DNA from: Methylocystaceae bacterium
GTDB taxonomy: Bacteria; Bacillota; Syntrophomonadia; Syntrophomonadales; JBLNAA01
Assembly: GCA_050259135.1 (NCBI GenBank)
Contig: JBLNAA010000071.1
Coordinates: forward strand, 1 to 63,723
Direction: 5' to 3'
DNA length: 63,723 nt
The first letter of the stretch is position 1, and every line of letters begins with the position of its first letter. The translations under genes and the position numbers were made by a program. The notes beneath the pieces are model-generated. The model ran no database searches. It was not told the DNA's origin and was given only the letters and a program-made list of their open reading frames with translations. Below, one piece after another: positions 1 through 9,778 of this stretch.

Positions 1-424
1 CTGATAATTCGGGCAAAGGTTCCAAAAGATAGAATATATTGGCTACATCAGCAGCCAGCTGCTGCTGATATTCATGGCTCCAGCTATGACGGCTGCATTC
101 AGCCGCAAACTTATTTACATAGTCCTGGGCTGAATGGAGCAAAAGATTCTTTAACTTAATGGCATCCTCTTCATCCATATAAACAGGAATTTCCGCCTTG
201 CGCTGCATCCAACCAGCTAACCCCAGGTGATCGTGATGATAATGTGTCAGATATACTGCAGAAAGCTGTTTCCAGGTGATACCGATATCCTTAAGGGCGT
301 TTTCCCATATTTGCTGATTAGTCTCAGTATTGACACCACCGTCTATGATTACCCAGCCCTGTGCAGATTCGGCAATAAAGCCGTTGCTGGCTTTAAGGGG
401 GAAGGGCATAGGGGTAGTTACCAT
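1..424 (-). CDS. MBL-fold metallo-hydrolase, N-terminal part (gene runs off the window start)
   Basis: Absent from the ORF track because there is no stop codon in the window. Minus-strand reading from ATG 424-422 gives MVTTPMPFPLKASNGFIAESAQGWVIIDGG...LTHYHHDHLGLAGW, which contains the HxHxDH zinc motif of the metallo-beta-lactamase fold. Confidence 0.7.
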   Translation of the reverse strand, partial: MVTTPMPFPLKASNGFIAESAQGWVIIDGGVNTETNQQIWENALKDIGITWKQLSAVYLTHYHHDHLGLAGWMQRKAEIPVYMDEEDAIKLKNLLLHSAQDYVNKFAAECSRHSWSHEYQQQLAADVANIFYLLEPLPELS

Positions 425-542
425 ATAAAACCCTTCATTTGGCCTGGTTAATCCCCACTTCTTTCCGGCTGACAAAATTCATTCCCCCCCGCAGATTTCC
501 CAATCTGAAACTTCGCCAAATAGCAAAATTATCCTGCCGCTT

Positions 543-1388
543 TCAGTAGCTCAGGGTATTAAGCAGCGATTTGGGCAGCGGGTTACTGCATTTCTCAGCA
601 AACACCGGCAAAGTATGACGAACATAAAGATGCGGCAAGTGTTGAGGCAGGCAGAGAATAACTGCAGATACAGTTGTGGCCGTCTGCAATCGATTCGCCG
701 CCGCAGCCAAAATCGGCAAGAAGTCTTCTTTGGCAGCATAGAGCGGCAGGTCTAAATAGCACACCCGGCCCACGTCCGCAGGCTGTAGTTCCATATCGGC
801 GATTATGGATTCCACTTCCGGGTTACTGGAGCAGGCTGTACCTATAGCTTCCGATGTCCAGGCCTCCCACCAGCTGCTATAAATGAAATTGCCGGGAATC
901 ACCACCTTTGAACTATCGGGTGCCGAATGACCAGGGAGAAAAGTATAGGCAGCCACCTGCAACTGAAAAGTATATTCATCTTTCCTGGCCGTGGCCACCA
1001 GTTTCTCATTATCCGCCTCTATTTTTAGTTCATATCCGAGTTTCAGCCAATGGGCGCTGACTTCAGTCAGTAAAGCGGTGTCACTGTAAAGCAGCGGTTT
1101 TTTCAGGTAATCAATTAAAAGATCGAAACCATCGGCTATCTCCAATGATTTTAGATTGCGGGCCAGTCCTGCGACCATCAGCAGTGTGGCAGCGTTGCTT
1201 AATGGTTTCCCTTTTTGCAGGGTTTCCTGGGTTTTTTCCACTTCCTTAAACAACAAACCCAGGGGATGAACATTAGTCAGCTGTTTACGGTTAACAATAC
1301 CTTTTATCGGCAGGTTAGCAGCAGCTTTCATATTCTTTTTAACCCACATGGGGCCGAGATACTCTCTGGCCGTTTCCACTAATGACAT
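543..1388 (-). CDS. hypothetical cytoplasmic protein (about 281 aa)
   Basis: The track ORF 543..1490 overlaps the upstream gene by 35 nt. The internal ATG at 1388 (MSLVETAREYL...) avoids that overlap. I recognise no family motif. Confidence 0.5.
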   Translation of the reverse strand: MSLVETAREYLGPMWVKKNMKAAANLPIKGIVNRKQLTNVHPLGLLFKEVEKTQETLQKGKPLSNAATLLMVAGLARNLKSLEIADGFDLLIDYLKKPLLYSDTALLTEVSAHWLKLGYELKIEADNEKLVATARKDEYTFQLQVAAYTFLPGHSAPDSSKVVIPGNFIYSSWWEAWTSEAIGTACSSNPEVESIIADMELQPADVGRVCYLDLPLYAAKEDFLPILAAAANRLQTATTVSAVILCLPQHLPHLYVRHTLPVFAEKCSNPLPKSLLNTLSY

Positions 1389-1455
1389 GATTTCCTGCAG
1401 GCTAACCTCTCCCCGGCTGCTCACTATCGATAACCCCCTTTGTCCTGATGCTGGT

Positions 1456-2688
1456 TTATTTCCTCCGCATCCATGCCGTAAGTGCGGCACTGCTTATGAC
1501 TACCAATCCCATGGATAATAGTAAAACTGCCGTATGCTGTTTGGGCCTGGCAGTAGTCACAGGGACCGGGGCAGCCGGGCGGGCCAGATACTGGCTGATA
1601 GTTTTTTCAGCCCAGTTTTTAAGCAGTTCGACACTAACGCCGGTAAGATCGGATTCCTTAAACTGTCCGATATCACGAAGTGATTGCCCGGCAGCTGTCT
1701 GCTGATTCAGCTGCAGACTATTTAATATATGGTAATAGATGTAGGTGCCGTCTTTGACGGTTAGCTGGTTTAATATATCAGCAGCCATTTCATAATCCTG
1801 GTTCTGATAAGCCAGATATAGTTTCAGCATGGTCACATCAACTGGTGAGAGCACACCTTCCTCCGTCAGGTTAGCGGCAAAAAGCTGCAAATTGCCATAG
1901 GCAGCCTGATAATTGCCGCTGTTTATGCTGGGCAGCAATGATGCGCCGAATTTACTAACCGCCAGCCGCTTCAGGGCCGCTTCTGGACCGCGCAGCTGAT
2001 AGTAAAAGTAAATGTCCTGACGCTGAACCCGGGGATCAATTAAATAGGAAAAAGTCCCTTTATAATCCATAGTCTGAGGTAAGGCGCCCAGCTCCGGATA
2101 TAACATAACATTAAAATATGGTTTAAAATTGGTGATTTTAATATCGAACTTCTTTAATCCTGTATCCTTCCATCCGCCCGATTGATGGTTATTATAAACA
2201 ATCAATCGGCCCAGGGTGGTATCAGTGGGCAAACTAACAAAGTAGCTGTTACGTACGGTACAGCTTTCACCCGCAGCTAGAGGAAAACTAAAAACATTAT
2301 AGACTGTGGTTTCATTATCAAGCTGATAACCGCTGCCTGGTGGTTGACGCCGGACCTTTACTGACAAGGGCTGGGAGTTTTTGCTGACGGCAAATCCATA
2401 TATTAATGGCTGGTTTCCCTGATATAAGACCGGGTAACCGGCGGTAACCGTCTGATTAGTCCCCTGGTTATTCAGCTGATAATCACAGGTAACCAAAGCC
2501 CGATCACCAGTTACGTCAATTTTTACCAGTGTTGACACAATTTCAACATTGGTACCCGTCTGCAGCAGCATATTACCCAGGTATGGTATCGAGGCATCCA
2601 AAGCCGCGGCTTTGCTGGCTGTGCCTAATAGTAAAAGCAAAGTGATGGCGGCGGATATCATTATTGATCTTGGGTTTAGGCTGGACAA
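1456..2688 (-). CDS. exported protein with N-terminal signal peptide and C-terminal TM anchor, function unknown
   Basis: 410-aa ORF. The N-terminus MISAAITLLLLLGTASKAAA looks like a signal peptide. The C-terminus AVLLLSMGLVVISSAALTAWMRRK is a hydrophobic anchor followed by basic residues. The first half is beta-rich and the second half is helical and repeat-like. Confidence 0.6.
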   Translation of the reverse strand: MSSLNPRSIMISAAITLLLLLGTASKAAALDASIPYLGNMLLQTGTNVEIVSTLVKIDVTGDRALVTCDYQLNNQGTNQTVTAGYPVLYQGNQPLIYGFAVSKNSQPLSVKVRRQPPGSGYQLDNETTVYNVFSFPLAAGESCTVRNSYFVSLPTDTTLGRLIVYNNHQSGGWKDTGLKKFDIKITNFKPYFNVMLYPELGALPQTMDYKGTFSYLIDPRVQRQDIYFYYQLRGPEAALKRLAVSKFGASLLPSINSGNYQAAYGNLQLFAANLTEEGVLSPVDVTMLKLYLAYQNQDYEMAADILNQLTVKDGTYIYYHILNSLQLNQQTAAGQSLRDIGQFKESDLTGVSVELLKNWAEKTISQYLARPAAPVPVTTARPKQHTAVLLLSMGLVVISSAALTAWMRRK

Positions 2689-2725
2689 ATCCCTTTCCCC
2701 CTTGTAACTTTTTGCCCAAGTTGGC

Positions 2726-2754
2726 TTGACTCTCTTATTTCTCCTAGCTATTAT
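2726..2754 (+). promoter_or_regulatory. sigma-A-type promoter for tRNA-Gly
   Basis: TTGACT (2726-2731), 17-nt spacer, TATTAT (2749-2754), about 27 nt upstream of the tRNA 5' end. Confidence 0.5.
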
Positions 2755-2780
2755 ATCTTATAGACTGTAAACAATCGATT

Positions 2781-2855
2781 GCGGAAGTAGCTCAGTGGTA
2801 GAGCATCGCCTTGCCAAGGCGAGGGTCGCGAGTTCGAATCTCGTCTTCCGCTCCA
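2781..2855 (+). tRNA. tRNA-Gly (anticodon GCC), CCA encoded
   Basis: Hand-folded cloverleaf: acceptor GCGGAAG/CTTCCGC, D arm GCTC-AGTGGTA-GAGC, anticodon arm TCGCC-TTGCCAA-GGCGA, T arm GCGAG-TTCGAAT-CTCGT, discriminator U, then CCA. Confidence 0.93.
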
Positions 2856-2866
2856 TGAAATTTTAA

Positions 2867-2883
2867 CCTCGGCGTTGCCGGGG
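2867..2883 (+). terminator. hairpin after tRNA-Gly (weak intrinsic terminator)
   Basis: CCTCGGC-GTT-GCCGGGG forms a 7-bp stem, followed by a moderately T-rich tract (TATTGTAGTTTTA). Confidence 0.35.
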
Positions 2884-3120
2884 TATTGTAGTTTTAAATT
2901 GGATTTATTTTAGTTTTACGGTACATTTGATGAGATGTACAGTCAATGGGAGTGCCGACTGGGATTGGCAAAAGTTGGGGAGAATTATACTAAGGAGTGA
3001 AGGGCAGATAGGGGAAGATAAGCAGGATTTATACCCGCTGTTGTAGAAGTCAAAACACAGCGGAAGCAGAAGGCAAAACACTAATTTTACGCAGGCATCA
3101 GCAAGACGGGAGGAGCATAT

Positions 3121-4425
3121 ATGAAAACTACCGTGGAGACAATAGAGAAGAATAAGGTGGCCATGGAAGTGGTTATTGACCAGGAACGCCTGGATCGTTC
3201 CCTGGATCATGCATATCGCAAACTGGCTGGCAAGGTTAATATTCCTGGGTTTCGGAAGGGCAAAGCACCCCGGCCGATTGTTGAGTCATTTATTGGTTAT
3301 GAGGCACTTCTGGAAGAAGCTCTGGAAGAAGTAGTGAATGATACTTACAGTGAAGCTATCAAGGAAAATGATATTGAACCGGTAGCTCAGCCCCATATTG
3401 ATTTGGTCAGTACGGAAAAAGGGCAACCGGTGGTATATAAAGCCACGATAGTTACCCGCCCGGAGGTTGAACTGGGTGCGTATACAGAAATCGCAGTCAG
3501 CGTACCGACCATGGATGTTACCGAAAACGATATTGAAAATCGACTTAACCTGATGCGCAATCGCTATGCGCAGTTGGAAACTGTAGATGCAGATATTCCT
3601 GCCGAAATGGGCAACACCCTCCTTATTGACTTTACTGGCAGTTTAGAAGGAGTTCCTTTCCCTGGCGGCAGTGCTGAAGATTATTCACTGGAGCTGGGCT
3701 CTGGACGTTTTATCCCTGGCTTTGAGGAGCAATTGGTAGGGGCCAAGACCGGGGAAGACGTACAGGTTAATGTTACCTTCCCGGCTGATTACCATAGTGC
3801 TGATCTGGCAGGTAAAGAAGCAGTTTTTGCGGTTAAGGTAAAAGAAATAAAGCGTAAGGTACTGGCAGAATTAAGTGATGAGTTTGCTCAGGAAGTAAGT
3901 GACTATGACACCCTTGATGAACTCAAAGAAAGCATCAAGAAGAGTATGGAAGAAATGGCAGTCGTACGGCGTAAGCAGCTGGCAACTACCTCGGTTGAGG
4001 ATCAAGTCATTGCTAATGCCAGTGTAGATATACCAGAGGAAATGGTTCAAAACCGTACCTATCAGATGATTGAGCAAATGGGAGAACGTCTGGCTTACCA
4101 GGGCCTCAGCCTGGAAGAATATATGAAGAGTACCGAAACCAGCTGGGAAGATCTGGAGAGTGAGTTTAAAGCCGATGCTGAAAAATTAGTCCGGCGGGAA
4201 CTGGTGCTGCTGGCGGTAGCCAAAGCTGAAGGTCTGACTGTCGATGAAGAAGATTTTGAAGAATCAATGAGCAAAGCCGCCGCTGATTACGGGGTATCAG
4301 TTGAAGAGGTTAAGAAATCGGTAGCTTCATCCCGTAAGCGAATTGAAGAGGGTATTCTTCTGGATAAGGCTGCTGAATTCTTGTATGAAAAGGCTCAGGT
4401 TACCGTTGAGAATACAGCCGAATAA
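3121..4425 (+). CDS. tig: trigger factor (ribosome-associated PPIase chaperone)
   Basis: 434-aa ORF with SD GGGAGGAG upstream. Contains NIPGFRKGKAP (ribosome-binding motif region) and the FKBP-type segment IDFTGSLEGVPFPGG. Shows tig-clpP-clpX synteny. Confidence 0.95.
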   Translation: MKTTVETIEKNKVAMEVVIDQERLDRSLDHAYRKLAGKVNIPGFRKGKAPRPIVESFIGYEALLEEALEEVVNDTYSEAIKENDIEPVAQPHIDLVSTEKGQPVVYKATIVTRPEVELGAYTEIAVSVPTMDVTENDIENRLNLMRNRYAQLETVDADIPAEMGNTLLIDFTGSLEGVPFPGGSAEDYSLELGSGRFIPGFEEQLVGAKTGEDVQVNVTFPADYHSADLAGKEAVFAVKVKEIKRKVLAELSDEFAQEVSDYDTLDELKESIKKSMEEMAVVRRKQLATTSVEDQVIANASVDIPEEMVQNRTYQMIEQMGERLAYQGLSLEEYMKSTETSWEDLESEFKADAEKLVRRELVLLAVAKAEGLTVDEEDFEESMSKAAADYGVSVEEVKKSVASSRKRIEEGILLDKAAEFLYEKAQVTVENTAE

Positions 4426-4474
4426 GATTAACCAAGCCTGTAATATCATTATAGGAAGTAAGGGGGTATAGGGT

Positions 4475-5077
4475 ATGTCATATCTGGTTCCCATGGTAGT
4501 TGAACAAACCAATCGTGGTGAAAGGTCTTACGATATATATTCTCGGTTACTGAAGGATCGTATTGTTTTCTTAGGAAGTCAGGTGGATGACCAGGTGGCT
4601 GACCTGATTATTGCCCAGCTGTTATTCCTGGAAGCAGAAGACCCGGATAAGGATATACATCTTTATATCAACAGCCCAGGCGGATCCATAACTTCTGGTA
4701 TGGCCATTTTTGATACCATGCAGTATATTCGTCCTGATGTGTCGACTATTTGTGTGGGGATGGCTGCCAGCATGGGAGCATTTTTGTTGGCTGCCGGGGC
4801 TAAGGGCAAACGGTTTGCCTTACCGAACAGTGAAATTATGATTCATCAGCCGGCGGGTGGCACCCAAGGTCAGGCAACTGACATTGAAATTCATGCCCGG
4901 CGTATAATAAAGATGAAGGAACAATTAAATCGTATATTGGCTGAAAGAACGGGGCAAAGTCTGGAAGCTATAGCACGGGATACCGAAAGGGACCATTTTA
5001 TGACCGCCGAGGAAGCCAAACAATACGGTATCGTTGACGAGGTCTTGGTGAAGGCGCGGAATACAGGTAAGCGCTAA
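4475..5077 (+). CDS. clpP: ATP-dependent Clp protease proteolytic subunit
   Basis: 200 aa. Contains [29 protein letters not shown] (active-site Ser) and MIHQP (His). Confidence 0.97.
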   Translation: MSYLVPMVVEQTNRGERSYDIYSRLLKDRIVFLGSQVDDQVADLIIAQLLFLEAEDPDKDIHLYINSPGGSITSGMAIFDTMQYIRPDVSTICVGMAASMGAFLLAAGAKGKRFALPNSEIMIHQPAGGTQGQATDIEIHARRIIKMKEQLNRILAERTGQSLEAIARDTERDHFMTAEEAKQYGIVDEVLVKARNTGKR

Positions 5078-5099
5078 AGCCAGCCAGAGAGGTGAGTTT

Positions 5100-6350
5100 A
5101 TGCAAAAATACGGAGATGACCGAGGCCAGCTCAGATGTTCATTTTGCGGTAAATCTCAGGATCAGGTAAAAAAACTGGTGGCTGGACCTGGAGTTTATAT
5201 ATGCGATGAATGCATTGAACTGTGCAATGAGATTATCGAGGAAGAACTGGCCGAAGATCTGGGACTGGAATTAGGTGATATTCCTAAACCTCAGGAAATT
5301 AAGGAAATCCTCGACCAGTATGTAATTGGTCAGGAAAAGGCCAAAAAGATCTTAGCTGTCGCTGTGTTTAATCACTACAAGCGCATCAATCTGGGTATGA
5401 AACTGGATGATGTCGAACTGCAGAAAAGTAATATTCTCATGCTGGGACCGACCGGAAGCGGCAAAACCTTGCTTGCTCAAACCCTGGCCAAGATCTTGAA
5501 TGTACCTTTTGCGATCGCTGATGCCACCTCTCTAACCGAAGCCGGTTATGTTGGCGAGGATGTAGAAAACATTCTGCTGAAGTTAATTCAGGCTGCTGAT
5601 TACGATATTGAAAAAGCGGAAAAGGGTATTGTTTATATCGATGAAATCGATAAAATTGCCCGGAAGACGGATAATCCATCGATCACTCGTGATGTATCGG
5701 GTGAAGGTGTCCAACAAGCGCTTTTGAAAATATTAGAGGGCACTGTAGCCAGTGTTCCTCCCCAGGGAGGGCGCAAACATCCCCATCAGGAGTTTATTCA
5801 GATCGATACCAGCAATATTCTGTTTATCTGCGGTGGGGCCTTTGAAGGTGTTGACAAGATAATCAACCAGCGGGTCAGTGATAAAAGCATGGGGTTTGGT
5901 GCTGATATCAAGTCTAAACAGGAAAAGAAGATCGGGGAAATCCTTGATCAGATACTGCCGCAGGACTTGCTGAAGTTCGGACTTATTCCGGAATTTGTGG
6001 GCCGGGTACCGATTTTAGTAACCCTGGATAGTTTGAATGATGCTGACCTGATTCGCATTCTCACTGAACCGAAAAATGCTTTGGTCAAGCAGTACCAAAA
6101 GATGTTTGAGCTTGACGGGGTAGCTCTGGAATTTACTGAGGATGCTCTAAAAGGGATAGCAGAGGAAGCCCTGCGCCGTAATACCGGGGCTCGCGGCTTA
6201 CGCGCCATTATCGAAGATATCATGCTCGATGTTATGTATGATGTGCCATCGCGCGCTGATGTCACTAAAGTACTGATGACCCGTGAAGTGGTGCTTAAGA
6301 AGGAAAAACCTCTCCTGGTTACGGTGGATGCCAGACGCAAAGTAAACTAG
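5100..6350 (+). CDS. clpX: ATP-dependent Clp protease ATP-binding subunit ClpX
   Basis: 416 aa. Has the N-terminal zinc finger CSFCGK...CDEC, Walker A GPTGSGKT and Walker B VYIDEIDK. Confidence 0.97.
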   Translation: MQKYGDDRGQLRCSFCGKSQDQVKKLVAGPGVYICDECIELCNEIIEEELAEDLGLELGDIPKPQEIKEILDQYVIGQEKAKKILAVAVFNHYKRINLGMKLDDVELQKSNILMLGPTGSGKTLLAQTLAKILNVPFAIADATSLTEAGYVGEDVENILLKLIQAADYDIEKAEKGIVYIDEIDKIARKTDNPSITRDVSGEGVQQALLKILEGTVASVPPQGGRKHPHQEFIQIDTSNILFICGGAFEGVDKIINQRVSDKSMGFGADIKSKQEKKIGEILDQILPQDLLKFGLIPEFVGRVPILVTLDSLNDADLIRILTEPKNALVKQYQKMFELDGVALEFTEDALKGIAEEALRRNTGARGLRAIIEDIMLDVMYDVPSRADVTKVLMTREVVLKKEKPLLVTVDARRKVN

Positions 6351-6362
6351 AGGAATATATAA

Positions 6363-6395
6363 GAGGGTTTCGGGGTTGCCGAAGCCCTCTTTTTT
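6363..6395 (+). terminator. intrinsic terminator after clpX
   Basis: GAGGGTTTCGG-GGTTG-CCGAAGCCCTC forms an 11-bp stem with one G:U pair, followed by TTTTTT. Confidence 0.8.
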
Positions 6396-6481
6396 GTTCT
6401 TGAATTGGCCCTTTATAAAAAGTTGCCTCTCTCGGATTACTATTAACATCCGGCTCCGTGCAATGTTTGCCTGGCATTTTA

Positions 6482-7789
6482 TCATCGGGTGTTTAGCAAA
6501 TCCTCGGGCTGTAAGTCAGACAGTTTACGTTTCCCGAGAACTAACAAGCCCAGTTTGATTTCCTCCAGGCAGGCGTTCAAGTATTTAACCAGGCTGTTGG
6601 CCGCCTGCTCACGATTAAGATTATCTTCTATTTTGCCTTCTGCCATATAAAGGCTGCCCAGTGGATGCCATGGTACCGCCTTCTCAATTTGTTCTTCCAA
6701 CATGGCATATAGCAAAACGGTATCTAAAACTACGGCGTCAGCTCCCATAGCCAGGGCTTTTAAGATTGACCCTGGTTCCCATAAACCACCGGCAATTACC
6801 AGGCTAGGAGAGCTTTCCGGCTTGATGGCAGCTTTCGCCCTTTTAATGGCTTCCAGCATTGGTAAACCAACCTGTCCCATTAAAATAGCCGGTGCTAATA
6901 TGCTTCCGCTTTCCCTGGTTTCCAGCAGCAGTACATCAGCCCCTGCCTGCAGGCATAAACTAATGTCGTTTTCTATATTATCCGACGCCCAGAGCCGTAC
7001 TGCTATGGGGGCTCCATTCAGAACCTCCCGCATGGAACTGATGGTTTCCCTCAGGTTACGGCTGCTGTTTATCAGGGGAGGAACTGTCCTATACATATGA
7101 GTTTGAGTATTTTGCTCTCGGTCTTTCCAGACATCTTTGCCAATTAGATCGGGCCAGGAGAGCCGAATCTCAGTCATGGCTGGCTGCAGCCCTTTTGCTT
7201 TGAATACATTCAACTCCTCAACACTGGTCATGGTTGGAATAATAGATTTAGAACCGCATAAGGGGGTTAATGACTGGCCGCCGATAAATAAAGGAGCTCC
7301 AATCTGGCTGGCGGCATCCGCCAGAGCCTGCAGGGCAGTTTCACTGACAACTATACCGTTGACCGGGGAGGCCAAAATAATTGGATGGGGCATTTTGAGC
7401 GGGTGACGGGAATTGGCTCCCAATTGGGTCGATATATCGATGTCATCTATAGACAAACCATCGAACCAGCGGTTGATATCGCCCGGATTTAGCTTAAGCT
7501 GGTCCATAGAATGCCCCTCCGATGAGCTTTCATAAGGCTTTAAGAGCGGCCGACCCAGAAATGCTCTCCGGGCGGTTTCTATGTGAACCTGCAGCGGAAC
7601 ATTTTTTATTTCATAAAGATAAGAAAGCAATGGATCGCGGGTAGAAGGACTGGTTATAAGCTGACGGATAATTTTGTCTATGGTCCAATTAACAACGATG
7701 GGTGTAAATATTCCAGTTAACAAGGAACCAATTAAAGCACCGGTAAAGCTGGAAATAAGCTGGGTTACCACCATGAAAACATCCTCCAA
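6482..7789 (-). CDS. membrane-anchored glutamate-synthase-domain-2-like (FMN TIM-barrel family) protein, divergent
   Basis: 435 aa with an N-terminal TM helix (VVTQLISSFTGALIGSLLTGIF). The C-terminal half resembles the GltS FMN-binding barrel (PIAVRLWA...AGADVLLLETRESGS...GLPMLEAI...VIAGGLWEPGSILKALAMGADAVVLDT). The usual GGTGA-type motif is replaced. Confidence 0.5.
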   Translation of the reverse strand: MEDVFMVVTQLISSFTGALIGSLLTGIFTPIVVNWTIDKIIRQLITSPSTRDPLLSYLYEIKNVPLQVHIETARRAFLGRPLLKPYESSSEGHSMDQLKLNPGDINRWFDGLSIDDIDISTQLGANSRHPLKMPHPIILASPVNGIVVSETALQALADAASQIGAPLFIGGQSLTPLCGSKSIIPTMTSVEELNVFKAKGLQPAMTEIRLSWPDLIGKDVWKDREQNTQTHMYRTVPPLINSSRNLRETISSMREVLNGAPIAVRLWASDNIENDISLCLQAGADVLLLETRESGSILAPAILMGQVGLPMLEAIKRAKAAIKPESSPSLVIAGGLWEPGSILKALAMGADAVVLDTVLLYAMLEEQIEKAVPWHPLGSLYMAEGKIEDNLNREQAANSLVKYLNACLEEIKLGLLVLGKRKLSDLQPEDLLNTR

Positions 7790-8004
7790 TAATTCGGTTA
7801 ATAATATTGTTCCCCAACCGAAACCATACCATTAACCAAAGGCTTAAGAACAGAACTGACGGTTTAAATGAGTGTAAGTGTGGCTGCTCTTTTTTAAAAT
7901 CAGAATTGGCTATATTGCCTAATTTTACTTGCTTAGAAATCGAACTTTCCTGTTGTCGGTCGGGAATACTACCATCAGGTTACGAGGAAAGGTAAGATAG
8001 CGCT

Positions 8005-9657
8005 ATGCATGATATAGTTGGCAACTATGGCACACTTCTATATTTAATTCAGTTCTTTTTTGCTATCGTTATCGGTCTTTACTTCTGGAACCTGCTTAAG
8101 CAGGATCGGGGAAGCAAAAATGCTATCAGTCGGGAATCTGATCGAGAGCGAAAACGCCTGCAAGCTATGCGTAAGATTAAACTCAGTGAACCATTATCAG
8201 CTTTAACCCGTCCGACATCAGTAGACGAAATAATAGGACAGGAAGATGGGGTGGCTGCACTTAAGGCAGCACTTTGCGGCCCTAACCCGCAGCATGTGAT
8301 TATTTACGGCCCACCGGGGATTGGTAAAACGGCAGCGGCCCGGCTGGTACTCGATGAGGCACGCAAGAACAGCCTGTCACCTTTTAATAGTACCGCTGCT
8401 TTTGTGGAAGTTGATGCTACCATCAGCCGCTTTGATGAACGGTCGATTGCCGATCCTTTGATTGGTTCAGTTCACGATCCAATTTATCAAGGCGCGGGTG
8501 CTCTGGGGTTGGCGGGGATACCTCAACCTAAGCCCGGAGCAGTTACCAAAGCGCATGGCGGTATACTGTTTATTGACGAAATTGGTGAACTTCACCCCCT
8601 GCAAATGAATAAATTACTTAAGGTGTTAGAGGAGCGCATAGTATTGCTGGAGAGTGCTTATTATAGCCAGGATGATGAGAATATCCCGCCCCACATCCAT
8701 GAAATCTTTAAGTCAGGGTTACCGGCAGATTTTAGGCTGGTGGGGGCTACCACCCGATCACCGCAGGAAATATCCCCGGCTATTCGGTCACGCTGTTTAG
8801 AGGTGTTTTTCCGACCCTTAGAAGCAGAAGAAATAGTAGAAATAGCCAAAAGAGCTGTTCTTAAAATAGGTTGGCAGATTGATGAGGATGCCCTGAAGCT
8901 GATTGGCGAATATGCAACCAATGGCCGGGAAGCGGTAAATATTGTTCAGCTGGCAGTCGGGCTGGCCCAAACCGCAGGTGATCAGCAGGTAGGAATTGCT
9001 ACCGTCGAGAAAGTCTTAAATAACTGCAACCTTTCTCCCCGGCCTCGTTTTAAGGCTAACCCTTTTCCCCAGGTGGGAACCGTTAACGGCCTGGCTTTGA
9101 CCGGTAATGTAGGCCAGGTAATAGAAATTGAGGTCTCAGTACTGGAGACCAAATCAGCTGAAGGTAAATTTAAGGTCACTGGTATAATCGAGGAAGAACA
9201 AATTGACAATGGAGGCAGGGTATTCAAGCGGCAGAGTATGGCCGTGTCAGCTGGTCAGAATGTAGTGACAGCTCTCCGCCGCCTCGGTGTTTCCCCAGAA
9301 CGCTTTGATATCCATGTTAATTTTCCCGGGGGGATTCCCGTGGATGGACCGTCAGCCGGTATCAGTATGGCAGTAGCTATATATTCAGCCATCACCAACG
9401 TTCCTGTTGACAACCAAGTGGCGATGACTGGAGAAATAACCGTATTGGGCAAGATTAAGCCAGTAGGGGGGATAATGGCTAAAGTCGATGCTGCCAGACG
9501 GGCGGGCTTGAAAAGGGTTATAATTCCAGCAGATAATTGGCTGCATATATTTGATCATTATACCGATATAGATATTATTCCGGTTAGTGAATTTACGTTA
9601 GGGCTGGAAGCCGCTTTGAGCAGTGTATCTCAGGATCTGGTACGAATAGTAAATTAA
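8005..9657 (+). CDS. lonB: sporulation protease LonB (membrane-anchored AAA+ Lon-type protease)
   Basis: 550 aa. Has an N-terminal TM helix, Walker A GPPGIGKT, Walker B LFIDEIGE, and a C-terminal Lon protease domain (DGPSAGISMAVAIYSAI, catalytic Ser). Sits in the canonical position between clpX and lon. Confidence 0.9.
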   Translation: MHDIVGNYGTLLYLIQFFFAIVIGLYFWNLLKQDRGSKNAISRESDRERKRLQAMRKIKLSEPLSALTRPTSVDEIIGQEDGVAALKAALCGPNPQHVIIYGPPGIGKTAAARLVLDEARKNSLSPFNSTAAFVEVDATISRFDERSIADPLIGSVHDPIYQGAGALGLAGIPQPKPGAVTKAHGGILFIDEIGELHPLQMNKLLKVLEERIVLLESAYYSQDDENIPPHIHEIFKSGLPADFRLVGATTRSPQEISPAIRSRCLEVFFRPLEAEEIVEIAKRAVLKIGWQIDEDALKLIGEYATNGREAVNIVQLAVGLAQTAGDQQVGIATVEKVLNNCNLSPRPRFKANPFPQVGTVNGLALTGNVGQVIEIEVSVLETKSAEGKFKVTGIIEEEQIDNGGRVFKRQSMAVSAGQNVVTALRRLGVSPERFDIHVNFPGGIPVDGPSAGISMAVAIYSAITNVPVDNQVAMTGEITVLGKIKPVGGIMAKVDAARRAGLKRVIIPADNWLHIFDHYTDIDIIPVSEFTLGLEAALSSVSQDLVRIVN

Positions 9658-9778
9658 AAAGGTATATAAGAAACAGCAGGTTATTAGATTTTACGAACCA
9701 GTAATTGGTCAAAATGTACCAGCTTTTTCCCGGTTTGTGCTATGCTTAATAATTGATACCATGCCGTGGAGGTAGATT

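Noticed and set aside
5948-6340. Many 60-150-aa track ORFs lie antisense to, or out of frame within, well-supported genes. Examples are 5948..6340, 9850..10209, 10862..11317, 25754..26182, 31709..32077, 39261..39704, 54629..55042 and 56610..57044.
   Set aside because: They sit entirely inside long ORFs with strong family signatures, lack SD sequences and have skewed, non-protein-like composition. I treat them as frame shadows.
7962-7971. GGGAATACTA upstream of lonB resembles a sigma-F -10 element. CATACGCT at 31238-31245, upstream of the spoIVFA-like gene, resembles a sigma-E -10 element.
   Set aside because: The corresponding -35 elements are poor matches, and such short motifs occur by chance. 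I did not report them as features.
9707-9723. GGTCAAA half-site upstream of lon, suggesting a CtsR operator.
   Set aside because: The second heptad (GTACCAG) matches only 3 of 7 positions, so it is not a credible tandem CtsR repeat.
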